Below, piece after piece: positions 51,812-64,000 of a stretch of 64,000 bases of DNA (positions are counted from its first letter, which is position 1; each line of letters begins with the position of its first letter). The translations under genes and the position numbers were made by a program. A model generated the notes under the pieces. That model saw only the letters and a list, made by a program, of their open reading frames with translations. It was not told where the DNA came from and ran no database searches. Source of the stretch: Lama glama (Eukaryota). The stretch lies in NCBI GenBank assembly GCA_028534125.1, contig CM052816.1:12278001-12342000 (forward strand), written 5' to 3'.

Positions 51812-53497
51812 GGCAGCTAGACTGTTTCTTCAAAAAAAGAAAACCCTGCATTTCTGAGACAGTGTGGCATTAATCTAAATTTTGGTTTCTGCATTTACCC
51901 AGCAGCTGAGAAGACTGCCTTCCTAGAAAACCAGCCTTGTGCTCACGGTCATGCATGACTCCACAATACATTTTCAAGGCATAAATCATTTTCTCTTTAC
52001 CTTTTTTAATGCTTCGTAATGATGCTAATGGCCAAAAGGTCATCAATTTCCTGGCTGTTTATAGTCAGCAGGGTTAATTTTTTCAACTGGCCAGAAAATG
52101 TCAAGCCATCAGTGGTGTTTTTCACTACATTAGCTAATGTAGTTTAATGTTTAGGGGATCAAAGAAAAGACACATTTGAAGAATATCTTAGGATAAGATC
52201 AAGATTATTTAAAAGGGAAACTCTCTACCTAAATTACCATCATCACTACAGCTGATTATCTTTTCTCAGAAAATGACCCCTTATGTCGGTATGTCAAATG
52301 ACTCTGTCATTTCCCAGACAGCCCTAAGCCATGATTAAAAAAAAAACCAAAAACTTTAGAACCATTATATAATCATTCCAATAGCAAATATTTATTAAGC
52401 CCTGAATATGTGCAAGGCTCTGAGATGAGCATTTTAAATCAATTGCCTCACAGAATACTCATGACATTCTCATGAGGAAGGAACTACTGCTGCCATTTTG
52501 CCAATGAGGAAATGGATGCTTTGGAAAGTCTAGATGGGGGATGAGGGGAGTGCCAAGCCTCTGAAGCCGCACCAGCTGAGACATCAGGATATGAGCACGG
52601 GCACCTGCCTCGCAACGTGGCAGAGGGATGTGCGATTTCAAGGCTTCAATGGCAGTGAAGGGACATGCTATTATGTTCAGCTTCATTCTCAGCTCTGCAT
52701 CCAGCCTTTGTTGTTTTACTCAAGTCTATTTTACTGAAAGTGAACCACTGAGCAAGCAAAGACATCATTGGCCTGGAATTCCCTACCCAGATCCCACATG
52801 ACCCCAGCACACAGCTAACTCTTGGAATGCATTTCCTGAAATCTTCCTCTCACACAGCTTGCTCCAGCCACCCTGGACTTTGTCCCCAGCATGTGCTACA
52901 GTGCTAGCACACAGTGGGTGTCAATAAAATCATGTTAATTGCAGTATTCCATCCTACAGTAGGAAAAGTTAACCGTGATGTTACTAGTCATCCTCTAATT
53001 AAAACACAGCTTTCAGAACGTTATTTTTATCCTTACTTGAACATCCAGGCTTAGAAATTAATGGAAAGACAAAGCCAGGTGCAAAATTTGCTCAGTTACT
53101 GAAGTAGAGATTGTCACCTGACACTCTAAATGAGAACATTTTTTGCATAATCTGGCAGCAAAGAAAGTGCTAATACTGACCTAAAGTCACTAAGAAAAAG
53201 ACCTGCAAGTAAGAAATCCTCTAACTCAACACGATGCAAATTTTTATGGCTGCCTCAAAAAAGTAAAAAAATTCTACTAATTTACATAAGATTGTCAGAA
53301 TACCATAACAAGGGTAAATCATTCTGATAGCATAATTCCCAAGAGAAAAGTAACTAAAAATAAGATGATAATCATGTTAGAAAACAGTATCATTTTAACA
53401 ATTCTCTAAACAGGTTAGGTGAATACTCCAACATTTGTCCCATTTTTCTGTTAATTATTTTTTTCCCCTGCTGATGAATGGTAAGCCCTACGCCATT

Positions 53498-53527
53498 AAA
53501 ACAAAACAAAACAAAACAAAACAAAAA
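53498..53527. repeat. (AAAAC)n pentanucleotide repeat
   Basis: Direct reading. Confidence 0.9.
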
Positions 53528-53934
53528 CTGTTTTTTTAATCAGTGTTATTTATAGCCCAGTAAATCTAGTATCACAGAGTTGATGCTGTAATGTTTGTCC
53601 CACTAAGCAAAAGATGAATTCCCTGCTTTCATAGCCCTGTGGTGGGCGCAGGGACAAGCCAGTCCTAAGTGTCTAGAGATGGCAAAGCTCACAGAATGGG
53701 ATGAAGATCAAGGTGGCTATGAGTACACAACGGAATGTGGGAAGAGAAACTACCCATTTTATAATTTTCTCAAAAGTCAGCTCTTGGAAAAGAGACGAGG
53801 GAAAAACTGTTTATGGCTAGACCTACTAATGATGTATGTTAAAAATTAAGGAGGTTTGCCAAAATTAAAACAAACACACATACATACACAATAGAAAAAA
53901 AAGGCAAGTCTTATCTGATGACACTGTGCCGTGT

Positions 53935-54295
53935 GTGTGGTGTTGAGAGTCTGGCAGACCCACCATCCAGATGTTCTTAGTCACCTACCAAGCATGAAGC
54001 TTAGGAACATCGTTTAAAGTCTCCAAGCCCCAGCTTTTGCCCCTGTAAAATGAATTAACAACAATTCCTATCTCAGAAGCATATTTAGTCAGAATCAAAA
54101 CAGACTATTTGGGAAGAAAGTTCTTTGTAGAATAAAATGTCAAACAACTGCTCTTCGAAGCAGTTTCCAAGACAAGGAAGAGTGACTGGAATTGGTCCAT
54201 TTTCATTGAAATCCCAGCTAGTGAGCTGAATGACTTCAGGCAAGCAACTCCTGCTCTCGGGACCTTAGTTTTCTAAGCTGTAAAATGGGGATATT
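53935..54295 (+). mobile_element. MIR fragments (two)
   Basis: ctgtaaaatgaat...cctatctca; tgacttcaggcaag...ctgtaaaatggggata. Confidence 0.6.
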
Positions 54296-54309
54296 CCAGC
54301 ACATCGTCA

Positions 54310-54814
54310 TGCCAGCTGTTTTCTATCACTCCCTCACAGTCGTTCTCCCTGCTTGCCCATCCTGCTATCAGCGCTGGGAGGTGATTTCTGTGGAGCACAT
54401 CAGCAGGCTATCTTGCATCTAACCTCCAGCAGGATGTGGCCAGCGGGAAGCTCAGATGAGCAGAAGATTCAGGGAGAGTAAGGTGAAGGTATTTATGACT
54501 CTGGATCCCTTCCTATTAGGTCTCAATGCCTTTCCTGCTACTCTCTATCCAAGCCATCGTTTCTGTTAAATGGTCCTGTCCTGTAACCACAGCTACTCTC
54601 TGGACCCTACTAACTACTCCCTCCCCGTGCCCCCTCATCAGGCCTAGAGGTAGCAACAAACAGCTGTATTTGCAATAGCTAGAGTGCGTCACCATCTCTG
54701 TTATCCTCTCTTCATCGAGATTGCAACTTTATATGTAGTCACTTTATTAAAATTTCTTTAGCCCACATTAATGTCTCATTTGTTTCCTGCCAAGACCAAA
54801 CTGACAGCTGATAC
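54310..54814 (+). mobile_element. ERVL 5' LTR (LTR16C-like)
   Basis: gtgaaggtatttat, caggcctagaggtagcaac, ctttattaaa, catttgtttcctgccaagacc, ctgataca terminus. Confidence 0.8.
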
Positions 54815-56810
54815 AACAGGAAGGACCTGAGGTGGGGAACCAGCCCTGCTGATGGAATTCTGAGATGTGGTTACTTGGTGTTTAAGGAGGGAACAGATAC
54901 CCTCCTCCTTGTAGGAGATATGTGAAACACCAGTATTTCATGCGATGCTGTGGTATGAGAAATATTAAGAGTAATGGAGATGGCCTGGCAAGAAGTACAA
55001 ATAGAAGACAAGGGACGAAGAGATTAAGTGGTTGTGGCACTTAGTTACCATGGTGACAATACGACCAGAATGTTTGGGAGGTTAGTTAGTTGTTTCTGAC
55101 AGCCAGGAGAGCTAAAAGACCCCCCAGAGAAAGGGTCAATTGAGTCTTTAACTGCCCAGCTCATAACTCCAGTGGAAAATTGGAAAGCCTTGGTAACTTA
55201 GTAGTCCCATTTTTTTCTCCTGTAGCATAGGGCTAATATGTCTGGGATGGAACCCAGGGCTTGATTGTAAGTAATGCTGATATAGGATACCATCTAAATT
55301 CTCAACTCCCCTAGATCTTTTACGTAATGGCTCTGATGGAGAAGTGAGACCCTGATCACGAGAAGGCTACGTTTAAGCAGAATGCAGATAAGACTGAGGA
55401 CTTTGCATCTTACATCTCCCTGATACAGACAGGTATCCTGAATACAAAAACAATAAAAGGGAAATCTTAGCATATGCAAGGTAGAGAATTCAAGGCCCCA
55501 CCTGGGAAGAAACAGCATGTATGTCAAAAGAGCTGTACAACACTCAATTTATATCAAGAAGAGTAAGTTGGGGCAGCATGCATAAGAGTGGACACCAATG
55601 GTGTTAGACCAAAAATGCCAAAATATAAAACTGCACTTAGGTCAAATTTATTGATATGGGTACATTCACCTCACTGGGAATTAAATTTATAGTCTTCTTG
55701 TTTGGCTAATTAAACTTGGACTCAAGTATGGCCTAAGGTCAATGAAGTTGAGATGTCAGACCTTTCCTGTAATATGTATAGGGGAAGGGGTCAAAGTGCT
55801 CAGGTAGATGGGAATGGTAGACTAGACCTCATATACATAACCTCTTCATCCATGTCCTGACCAGCATAAGCCCAGGAGACCCCTGGGACACTCCCCTCCA
55901 CCAAAATCTTAAAAATGCATCCAGGAACATTGGCATCCTTTTTAAAATATGTTGGCCATCCTTCTGGAGGAGTTGCAAAGAAAATTGCTTTCCTGACCTC
56001 AGTGCAAATAATGGGATCCTAGAACAGTAGAGGGAAGAGGGTAGAGGGAATAGTAATGGGAGGAAGAGAGTGGTAGAGTGTTGTTCTGTACAGGGATAAA
56101 ATGGCGATTGTCAGTGGGCTATTGTGTCATCAGGCATTAAATAGGTGGACAGCTTTCTAAGTTCTACTAGACAGATATGAGTAAGAAAATTCCAGGTATT
56201 GGTGGTGTGGTGTGGTGAGGAATCTAATTTAAATACAAGGATTGATTATGACTTCTTACACAGTGTTTCAGACCTAAGCTAATTTGTAAATCCAGACTCT
56301 TTCTCATGGAGGAAGATCCCTTCTGTCTGAGTACAATCTGAAGTGGCTGTCGGTGCAAATTATAAACATTCACCCAAGCCTTCCTTGAAGAAATCTATGG
56401 ACATTTACAGACTTTATTAAAGTTATTAGATACTGACTCTGTACTAAATTTGATCCTTTGAGACCAAAGCGTCTACTATTATCTACTAGTCCTAATATAA
56501 GTCGGGTGATAGATTGATTCTTGACCCAAGACCATCTCACAGTAGGTCCAGCAGGACAACTGACCCATGTTGTTTCTTCCTCTAATCCTATAACATATAG
56601 TGGAAATACACGTAGTAGAACCCTTAGTTTTGTTCCTTGATACACTATGTGAGAGCTATCATGTTAAGAGGGACTCAGTGAAAGCCCCTAGAAATGTTCC
56701 CCACTCCAACATATGCTGACATACTTTTATCCATCGATGGACTGTCGAGATTAGAAGGTTGGAAATCAGGTTCATCAAAGACTTGAAAAATGTAGAGATG
56801 GGTATCACTG
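54815..56810 (+). mobile_element. Decayed ERVL internal region (ERV3-16A3-like): gag, protease and start of RT
   Basis: Gag remnant GQHA*EWTPMVLDQKCQNIKL...KFIDMG near 55570-55660; protease remnant LLDTDSVLNLIL at 56423 (ERVL LLDTGSELTLIP); IKDLKNV near 56775; directly follows the LTR. Confidence 0.85.
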
Positions 56811-58187
56811 ACTTGTTAGCATTTCATCCACATGCTTGGCCAGAGTTAACTCGAGTAAGATAATAATTTACAAGCATGTGCAGGTAACACACCATAAAAA
56901 TCATAGCAACATGGTTTATATTACAGCACATCAATTATACTTCAATTTAAAAAATCACAGCAGCAGTAGTAGTTATATAAATTTGATGTGGCATTTTCAC
57001 CTATCACCTAGTAGCCATAAGTTGGATCAATATAGACAAGAAATAAAATCATCCAATCAAACAGAAGCTTATATTGTGGAGGGAAAGGAGGGAGGCTTAA
57101 AAAAAATCTATTTCTAAGATGTGTTCAAAGAATATGGACTAATCTGACCAAAGTCAATAAAGCAATATTCCCCTTGCAATGATAACCCAGAAGCCATCAC
57201 AGACTTACTCTCCCTAAATGGATCATCCTTCCCATGATCTGATTTAGTTTTTAATATTAAACATAAAACCTGAGGAGGAGAGCAATAATTTTAGACAGAT
57301 TAAGTGACACTTAATCTAATTTTGCAGAGTTTTTCATTTCACCCAATGAGAGACTTAGAAACTCTGATATTTGAGACCTATCAATATTACATAAGGCAAC
57401 CCTCCCAAATTTGAAGTAGAGAGTTCCATCAAAAATCTAGAGCTTATCAGTATCTCCTCCTTTTGCCCAGGGACCTTTATTAGCACATTATCTGTCATAC
57501 TAAATAGCAATTAGATGTAATTCTATCCTCCTCCTGCTTTCCAAATCTGCAAAGTGGATCAATGACTTCTTCAACCAACATTTGGGATCAGTGAAGACTT
57601 TTTCTGACCTCTATTTCTGTAGAGGACTCTGCCTCAGGGTACTGCTACCTCAATCTTCCCACATGAGTCACATGGACTCAGGGATAGCTGACCTATTTTC
57701 TCAAGAAGCCCTGATTTCTAGTGAGTTCTCTAGTAATGGAGCCTGAAATCATTTGGAATGTCTCTGAACGCACATGTCCTGTTAGATAATCCATGACAAG
57801 TCTCAAATGTGCCAAGAGCGAAAAAAGGATAGCTTCTTAGCTAGAAGGGAAACACAAAATAAACAAACAAAACACTCAGAGTCCCAAAGCTAAAGCTTCT
57901 AAGATTATAAATGAATATAAGTTTCAGGGAATTCTTCCCAGGTGCTAAAGAGCACAAGCTTTTGAACACACAAGTGACTGTTAAAGAGGCTGGGACGAAA
58001 CCCCAAGATAAGCATAATATCAAATGCTTCACTTATATCTTTCTGGAGTTGCCAAACAATTTTTAAAACCTATGACCTGAGTCCCACTAGATATTAGGAG
58101 AGGGGGGAAATAAGCCATTTGTACAAGGAGAGAGGTGATACCCCATTAAAGCAGAGAAAATGTAAATCTTCTTGGCCACTGTATCTA

Positions 58188-58252
58188 CCACCACTGTCCA
58201 GCATGGTGCTTGACACAGAGCAGGTGCTTAATACATGTTGCTTGAAACAATG
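58188..58252 (+). mobile_element. L2 extreme 3' tail
   Basis: ccagcatggtgcttgacacagagcaggtgcttaatacatgttg. Confidence 0.65.
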
Positions 58253-59689
58253 CAAGGAGAGAGGAGAAGGAGGGTAGGCTGATGGTTTTGGGGGGGAAAA
58301 CCCCCACCTACATAATTCATCATAACGCCATAAGCTGAGCTTCAAGCCATCATGAGGTACTTCCTCTGGAAAAATACAACTCTTCCAGGGCATTTTCTTG
58401 TTTGGCTTTAACCCAAAATGAAACAGAAAGCATGCAGAATTAATCACTATCTTTCCTTGTCTTCAAACAACTGTTCTCCATAGCATCCTCTCTAGGATTC
58501 CATCCAGAAGGTGCTTTATTTGTTTAATATATTATTATACTGTTCAGAAAATAATCTTAGGGAAATAAATGTCTTATTGAATGTTCCAACTATATTCCTA
58601 GTACCTTCAAATAAGCTTCTCCATTCTCTTTCCTGTCTTCTGCTTCTTTGATTTAAATATTATTTATATCTCCTTGATGTAACAACTTAATTGCTTTTTC
58701 TGGAACAAAACTGTATCTAATCTTAATTTTCCCTTCTTCCTAATAATTGAATAATTGCACATTTGGTAGTTTAATCAGTTAATTGTACATGTGCAAAAAA
58801 TGCTTTATATGTTAAAGACACTGCTTTATTTAGTTGTTAGCAAAAGGGAATAATGTTTGGGTTTAGAGGATTTGTGAGTAAATTACTTTATAGCTTCCAT
58901 ATTGTATTAATGGTACCTGGGTCCAATGGGACTTACGTTCTTAATAAAGGAATGGCTCCTTATAGACAGACTTTGAAACCTAAGGAGAATTGATGGAACA
59001 TATTTCTTAGAACTAAAAAGCCTGTGTTTTTACTGGTATGGGGGCACTTTGTAGTTGTTTTTGAATTGACTGTCCAAAGCAGTCATAGCCTTTGTGAAAA
59101 TGGTATAAAGTATAGAGAAAACGACTTCTTTTAAGAAAGTCAAAGAACTTGCTCAGGCCTGAATTTGTAAGGATTCCTTATTAAAGTTTCATGATTGAAT
59201 ACCCTGGGATCTATAAGTTTATTGATTTGTCTTCTATCCACCATGGGTAAAACATATTTAAAGAGCTCCTCCCAACACTACTCCTTGACCCAAGGGTAGC
59301 TTCCTATAGAGAATGAGCTTGAAGGAACCACTGGATACTTCACCCTTCCTTGTGGCCAGTGTATGTAAAAGTGAATTCAGCTTATGAGTATATGGCAGCT
59401 CTGATGAAGAGCTGATCCCCCCACTATGGCTATAAAATAAAAACTCTGACCCCACTGTACTCTACTCCTTTCTTCTTGAAGGTGCTGAAGAGCTTAATGG
59501 GTCAGTGCTAACTCTACAATTCCTCCAAATGACAAGAGAAATTCCCTTTTTTTTTAAAAGCACACTAAATTTTATTAAACTTAACACTCTTGAAGCTACA
59601 GCCTATGTCTTGAGGCTGTGTCACTTTGTCTTGGTGTCTTCGATACTGAGTGAAGACACACAATGTGATTAGGATAAATAAAGGACCAA

Positions 59690-59840
59690 AGAAAGACTGA
59701 AAACAGGCAGGAAGAAATAGGAAAAGGTGACAGGGCAGGCAGGCAGGCAAGAGCAAAGGAAGATGGAAAGAAAGGAAGATGAAAGAAAAAAGGTGAGAAT
59801 GAAGTGGAGGGAGAAAAGGGGAATAAAAATAAAGAATAGA
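59690..59840. repeat. Purine-rich (GA/GGCA) low-complexity tract
   Basis: Direct reading. Confidence 0.7.
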
Positions 59841-60799
59841 AGTAACTCCAGCATGAGAAAAACCATTAGAACTCAGGAATCAGATATGCTTAATTACAAT
59901 TGTCTCCTCCTCTGAAAACTGAGGCTAATACTATCACTTTGTAAGATTTTGTATGAGAAGTCATTTATTTTAAGGCCCTTTCTATATCTTATTCTTACTC
60001 TTGTCAGGGAACACCTCCCTCCCTTGTCTCCATTACTCCTCCAAGGAGTCTCAGATCCCATTTTTGAATCTTCTGGGCTATTTGAAAGGAGATTGTCAAA
60101 AGGGATGTGTCAGATAATGGGCTGAAAAGAGTTTAGGGACAAAGAGGAGCATCAACAAGGCAATCCATTTGGATAATTCACTAGGTAATCCACCGGCCAG
60201 ACGTGACCGACCTTGGACACAAGAAGACAAACCTGGGACAAACCCCTTCCTCCAAGCATCCACTACAGGGCAGTCCTTGCTCCAGAGATGTGAAGTTCTG
60301 AAGTTTCACCCTCTCCTCTCATGATCCTTCTTCCTCTTCACCTTGCTCTCCTTGAATTTAAATTTGTCACTTGCTTAACCAGGTGAGTTCTGTTTGTTTG
60401 TTTATTAACTGTACATTTGCACTTTTAGCTTCTGACTTGCTAGTGAAGCACTTACATCAACTGTGTAATGTAAAGGCCAGAAAATACGTCAGGGAACAAG
60501 TGAGATAATTCAGTGAAATGAGGGGAAGTGGGAAGAGAATAACACATTCACACTTAAAACTGTTCCCTGTGTCCTATTACAAGACATAAGCACATGGTAA
60601 ATGCTCAAAGGAAGCTATTCTTATTTGTCAAGAACAGATGGACCCAGTGTCCAATGAAATGATATGACAGAAGAATGCTCAAACACAAAAATGAGTAACT
60701 GTATGGATTCCCTTCAGGATACCAGGCAAGCCTGACACAAATGGCATGAAAGTTTCTTTTTGATTTCCATTTGCATGCAACACCTTTTTCTATCTCTTC

Positions 60800-61365
60800 A
60801 CTTATTTTCATAGCAGTGTCATTTACAAGCACCAAGATATGGAAACAACCTATGTGCCCATCAACAGAGGAATGCATGAAGAAGATGTGATATATGTGTA
60901 CGTATGTGTGTATACACACACACACGCATGATGGACTACTACTGAGCCAGAAAAAAGAATAAAATTCTGTCATTCGCAGCAATATGGATGGACCTAGAGG
61001 ACATTATGCTAAGTCAGACAGAAAACGAATCAGACAAAGGAAGACAAATACTATGTGGTATCACTTACACGTGTCATCTAAAAAAATACAACAAACTCAT
61101 AAATATAATGAAAAAACAAACACAGAGAACAAACTAGTGGTTACCAGTGGGGAGAGAGAAGAGGGAGGAGCAATATAGGGGTAGCGTATTAAGTGGTACA
61201 AACTAATATGTATAAAATAAACAACAAGGATATACTATACAATAGAGAATATAGCCAGTATTTTGTAGTAACTATAAATGAGGTACAACTTAAAAAATTG
61301 TAAATCACTGTATTGTATACCTGTAACTTATATTGTATATCAACTATACTTCCATTTTAAAAAGA
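60800..61365 (+). mobile_element. LINE-1 3' end (similar subfamily to 38657-39170)
   Basis: ccaagatatggaaacaacct, acagagaacaaactagtggttaccagtggggagag, atcaactatacttc. Confidence 0.92.
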
Positions 61366-62074
61366 TTTAAACAGGAAATAATATAAAATCAAGGATATGA
61401 CATCTTGAAAATAAAAATTTTTACTGTCATTTTAGTGGTGTTTCAGAAGGAAATTAAATATATGTATTTGTTAAATTCATTATAGTAATCAAAATGACCA
61501 TCATTTTTAAAATAAAATATATTGTGTGCTTTTTAAAAGTACATCTCAATCAAAAAGTATTTAAATAAAAATTTCAATTAAAGAAGTTTGAAGCAAGGCC
61601 CATCATTAAAGTAGAATTGAAATGAACTCAGATGGGAATTTTCAAATATGCTGCCCTTGTCCCGATCTTTCATAACCTCTGCAAACCAAGATGATCTATG
61701 ACTGGCAGCGTGAAATAGTGGCTTTCTTCTGCTTTCTCTACTAGCTATTTGAGTTATTACACGTCTGCCCAACAAGCAGACCTTCAGACACTGGATTGCA
61801 GTTACAGTCCTCTGTAAACAGACTGGAAAGGTCATGAAGGTGAAGAAAGTCAATTTTCCTCTATTTGATAGAGAAATTTTAGAAATCAGATTTTTGAAGT
61901 TTAGCATGGTCTGGCAAGAAAGCTGATTGTTATTTGGTGTATCTGAAATAGCAAGATGAGAGAAAAATCTAAAGGTGAAATTTTTATCAGCAGGCTGCTT
62001 TTATCCTGCTCAGCAGTCCCTTCGCCATGACCCTTCTTTCTCTTTTTCCCTCTCCCTTCTCTCCTCTTTCTTTC

Positions 62075-62500
62075 TCTGTCTCCCTGGCTTCATCTCATGC
62101 CAGTCTCCTTGCTTATTCTGTTCTAGCCACCATGCCTGCCCGAAATCCCTGAAGGTGGTGCTCCAGTCCAACCTCAGGGTCTTTGCACTTACTGTTTCCT
62201 CAGCCTGATTATCTCTTCCCTCCTTCATCATCACAGTCTGTTCCCGTCCTTCAAATCTCCTCTTAAAAGTCACCTGATCAAACAGACTTTCCCTAAGGAC
62301 ACTCTTCAGTCCTTAAGGACCCCCAGTTCTCCCCATGCAACATGGTCTCCTTGACTGTTTCTCTTACAGCTGTACCATCAGGCATTCTGTACATTTGTCT
62401 CTCCCCAATGGAATACATGCTCCTTAGAGTCAAGGATTTTGTTCACTGATGTTTCCCAGCAGTGGAACAGGGTCAGGTACAGAGCTGGAGTTACTGAATT
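62075..62500 (+). mobile_element. L2 LINE 3' part
   Basis: acctcagggtctttgcacttactgtttcctcagcctg, ttttgttcactgatgtttcccagcag. Confidence 0.85.
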
Positions 62501-64000
62501 CATGCTTGATAAACTTTGCATAAATAATATTCCTTTCTTCTTGCCAGGATGGTCATAGATGTGAGTGGTTCATCATTAGTATGTATGCAGGTGATGCAAA
62601 TGGTGGGGAAGGCTTTAGGATTTTAGTGGCATTTTGTAATTTGCAAGATGTTTGTGCAAACCTGTCTGTGTGAATCAGGGATGGCTCCTGGCACTGCTTC
62701 ACTTGTCTGCTTGGTATGGAGGCCATCAGATAATGAGTAAACTTTATAAAGACTCTTGGTTTTTACAAATTTTAAGTTTACAAAATGGTGTTATTTTAAT
62801 TTGCATTACCCTAGATCTGCAAGTGCAACTGGAGGGGGTGTGCTGATGGCTGTATAGCTGGCTACATCAGTAATGAAACCAAGCTCTGGGGAACAATCTT
62901 GTATACTGCTTATCGGTCATTTTGGGCTTTTCTCTCCTGCACTTTATCACAAACTAAAAGGTGTCCTGTTTATGATTCTTAACTCTTCATTCCTCTTCTA
63001 TTCAATCAGCATCACTATTTAGACCTCTGTGATTCAAATCATTTTCTCCTCCTCCTCTAGAAAAATAAAAAGAAAGAGAAAACTGCTTTCCTAGGCACCA
63101 GTTACAACTTGACATTTCCTCTCCCTTCCATGTACTACCAGCTCAGGAAAGACAGAGCTGCAGCTGTCATATTGCCTTTCTCGTCTCTGCTTCCTGACAT
63201 TCCCTTATTCCAGTTCCTCCTTCCTGCTAAGGCTGCTACTCTGGTCTCTGCTTTTTTTCTGCACGAAACATCACTTTATCTTCTGCAGCCTCCTACTCTA
63301 GGAGATTTTTGTGACTATTATGGAGAATAGCAGATGCCAAGGATGTGAAAAGTGAAGACATTCCACTGATATCATCTTGGCTACTATACATGTGTCCCCT
63401 GGGGAAGATTTTTCTTATCAAATGGCTTCTCTTGTGCCTTTAAAGGACAAATGGAATGAGTTGAAACAATTATTCTGAAACTCCAGACATTAAGAGCAAC
63501 AATTACTACTGATAATGAAGTAGGATTTTGTGGCGAACTATGTCATCATTAATCAGATTTCCTGGATAAGTTCTTGACTCTCTACTTGGCCCAATGGAAA
63601 GAGACAGTGAACACGGCACTAGAGTTGGAAACAGAGAAGAGAGTTAACTCGGGGATATAATGAATCAATTGAAGCTGATTTTGGATTTCAGCCTCTGAAT
63701 ATAACAATGGTAATCGATATATGAAGCAATGTATTTCTCTACTAACTGTAAAGCTGAATGGTGGTCATGTTTCTAGGCTGCTTTATCCTGGGCATTTTCT
63801 TAAGCTCCATATATATAATTAAGTCCCCCACAAAAAAAGTAAACTAGTAAGAGAAAATGTGAAGCAGTTCTAAGCTGGGTTGACTATTTAGCTATTCCAG
63901 AGACAGTATTTTGGGGACCTGGAGTGGATTGCTTTCTTCACTTCCTGGGACGGAAATAACCAGGGCTCAAAGCCAGATCTCAGTCAGCATTTTGCTGCAG

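Noticed and set aside
61578..61907. 109-aa minus-strand ORF in unique sequence
   Set aside because: No recognisable homology or splice support

Overview
AT-rich mammalian non-coding DNA, intronic or intergenic. It is very probably camelid (alpaca/llama/camel), judged from a Vic-1-type tRNA-derived SINE at about 16.36 kb and camelid-type L1 3' ends. Roughly half the window is recognisable transposon debris: young and old LINE-1 fragments, L2, MIR, MaLR (MLT1) and LTR16 solo LTRs, a MER34-like ERV1 solo LTR, a decayed ERVL provirus (LTR, gag, protease, RT start) and small hAT/Charlie remnants. I found no convincing protein-coding exon, structural RNA gene, CRISPR array or prokaryote-type system. 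The listed ORFs are chance ORFs or repeat-derived. I did not find a new biological system. The best-supported observations are mechanistic footprints: two 5'-inverted (twin-primed) L1 insertions, intact target-site duplications, nested insertions, a possible L1 3' transduction, a fold-back micro-insertion and an exact 26-bp duplication. A few repeat-free blocks look like cis-regulatory candidates. Repeat subfamily names come from recalled consensus motifs, not from a RepeatMasker run, and boundaries without a TSD are approximate.
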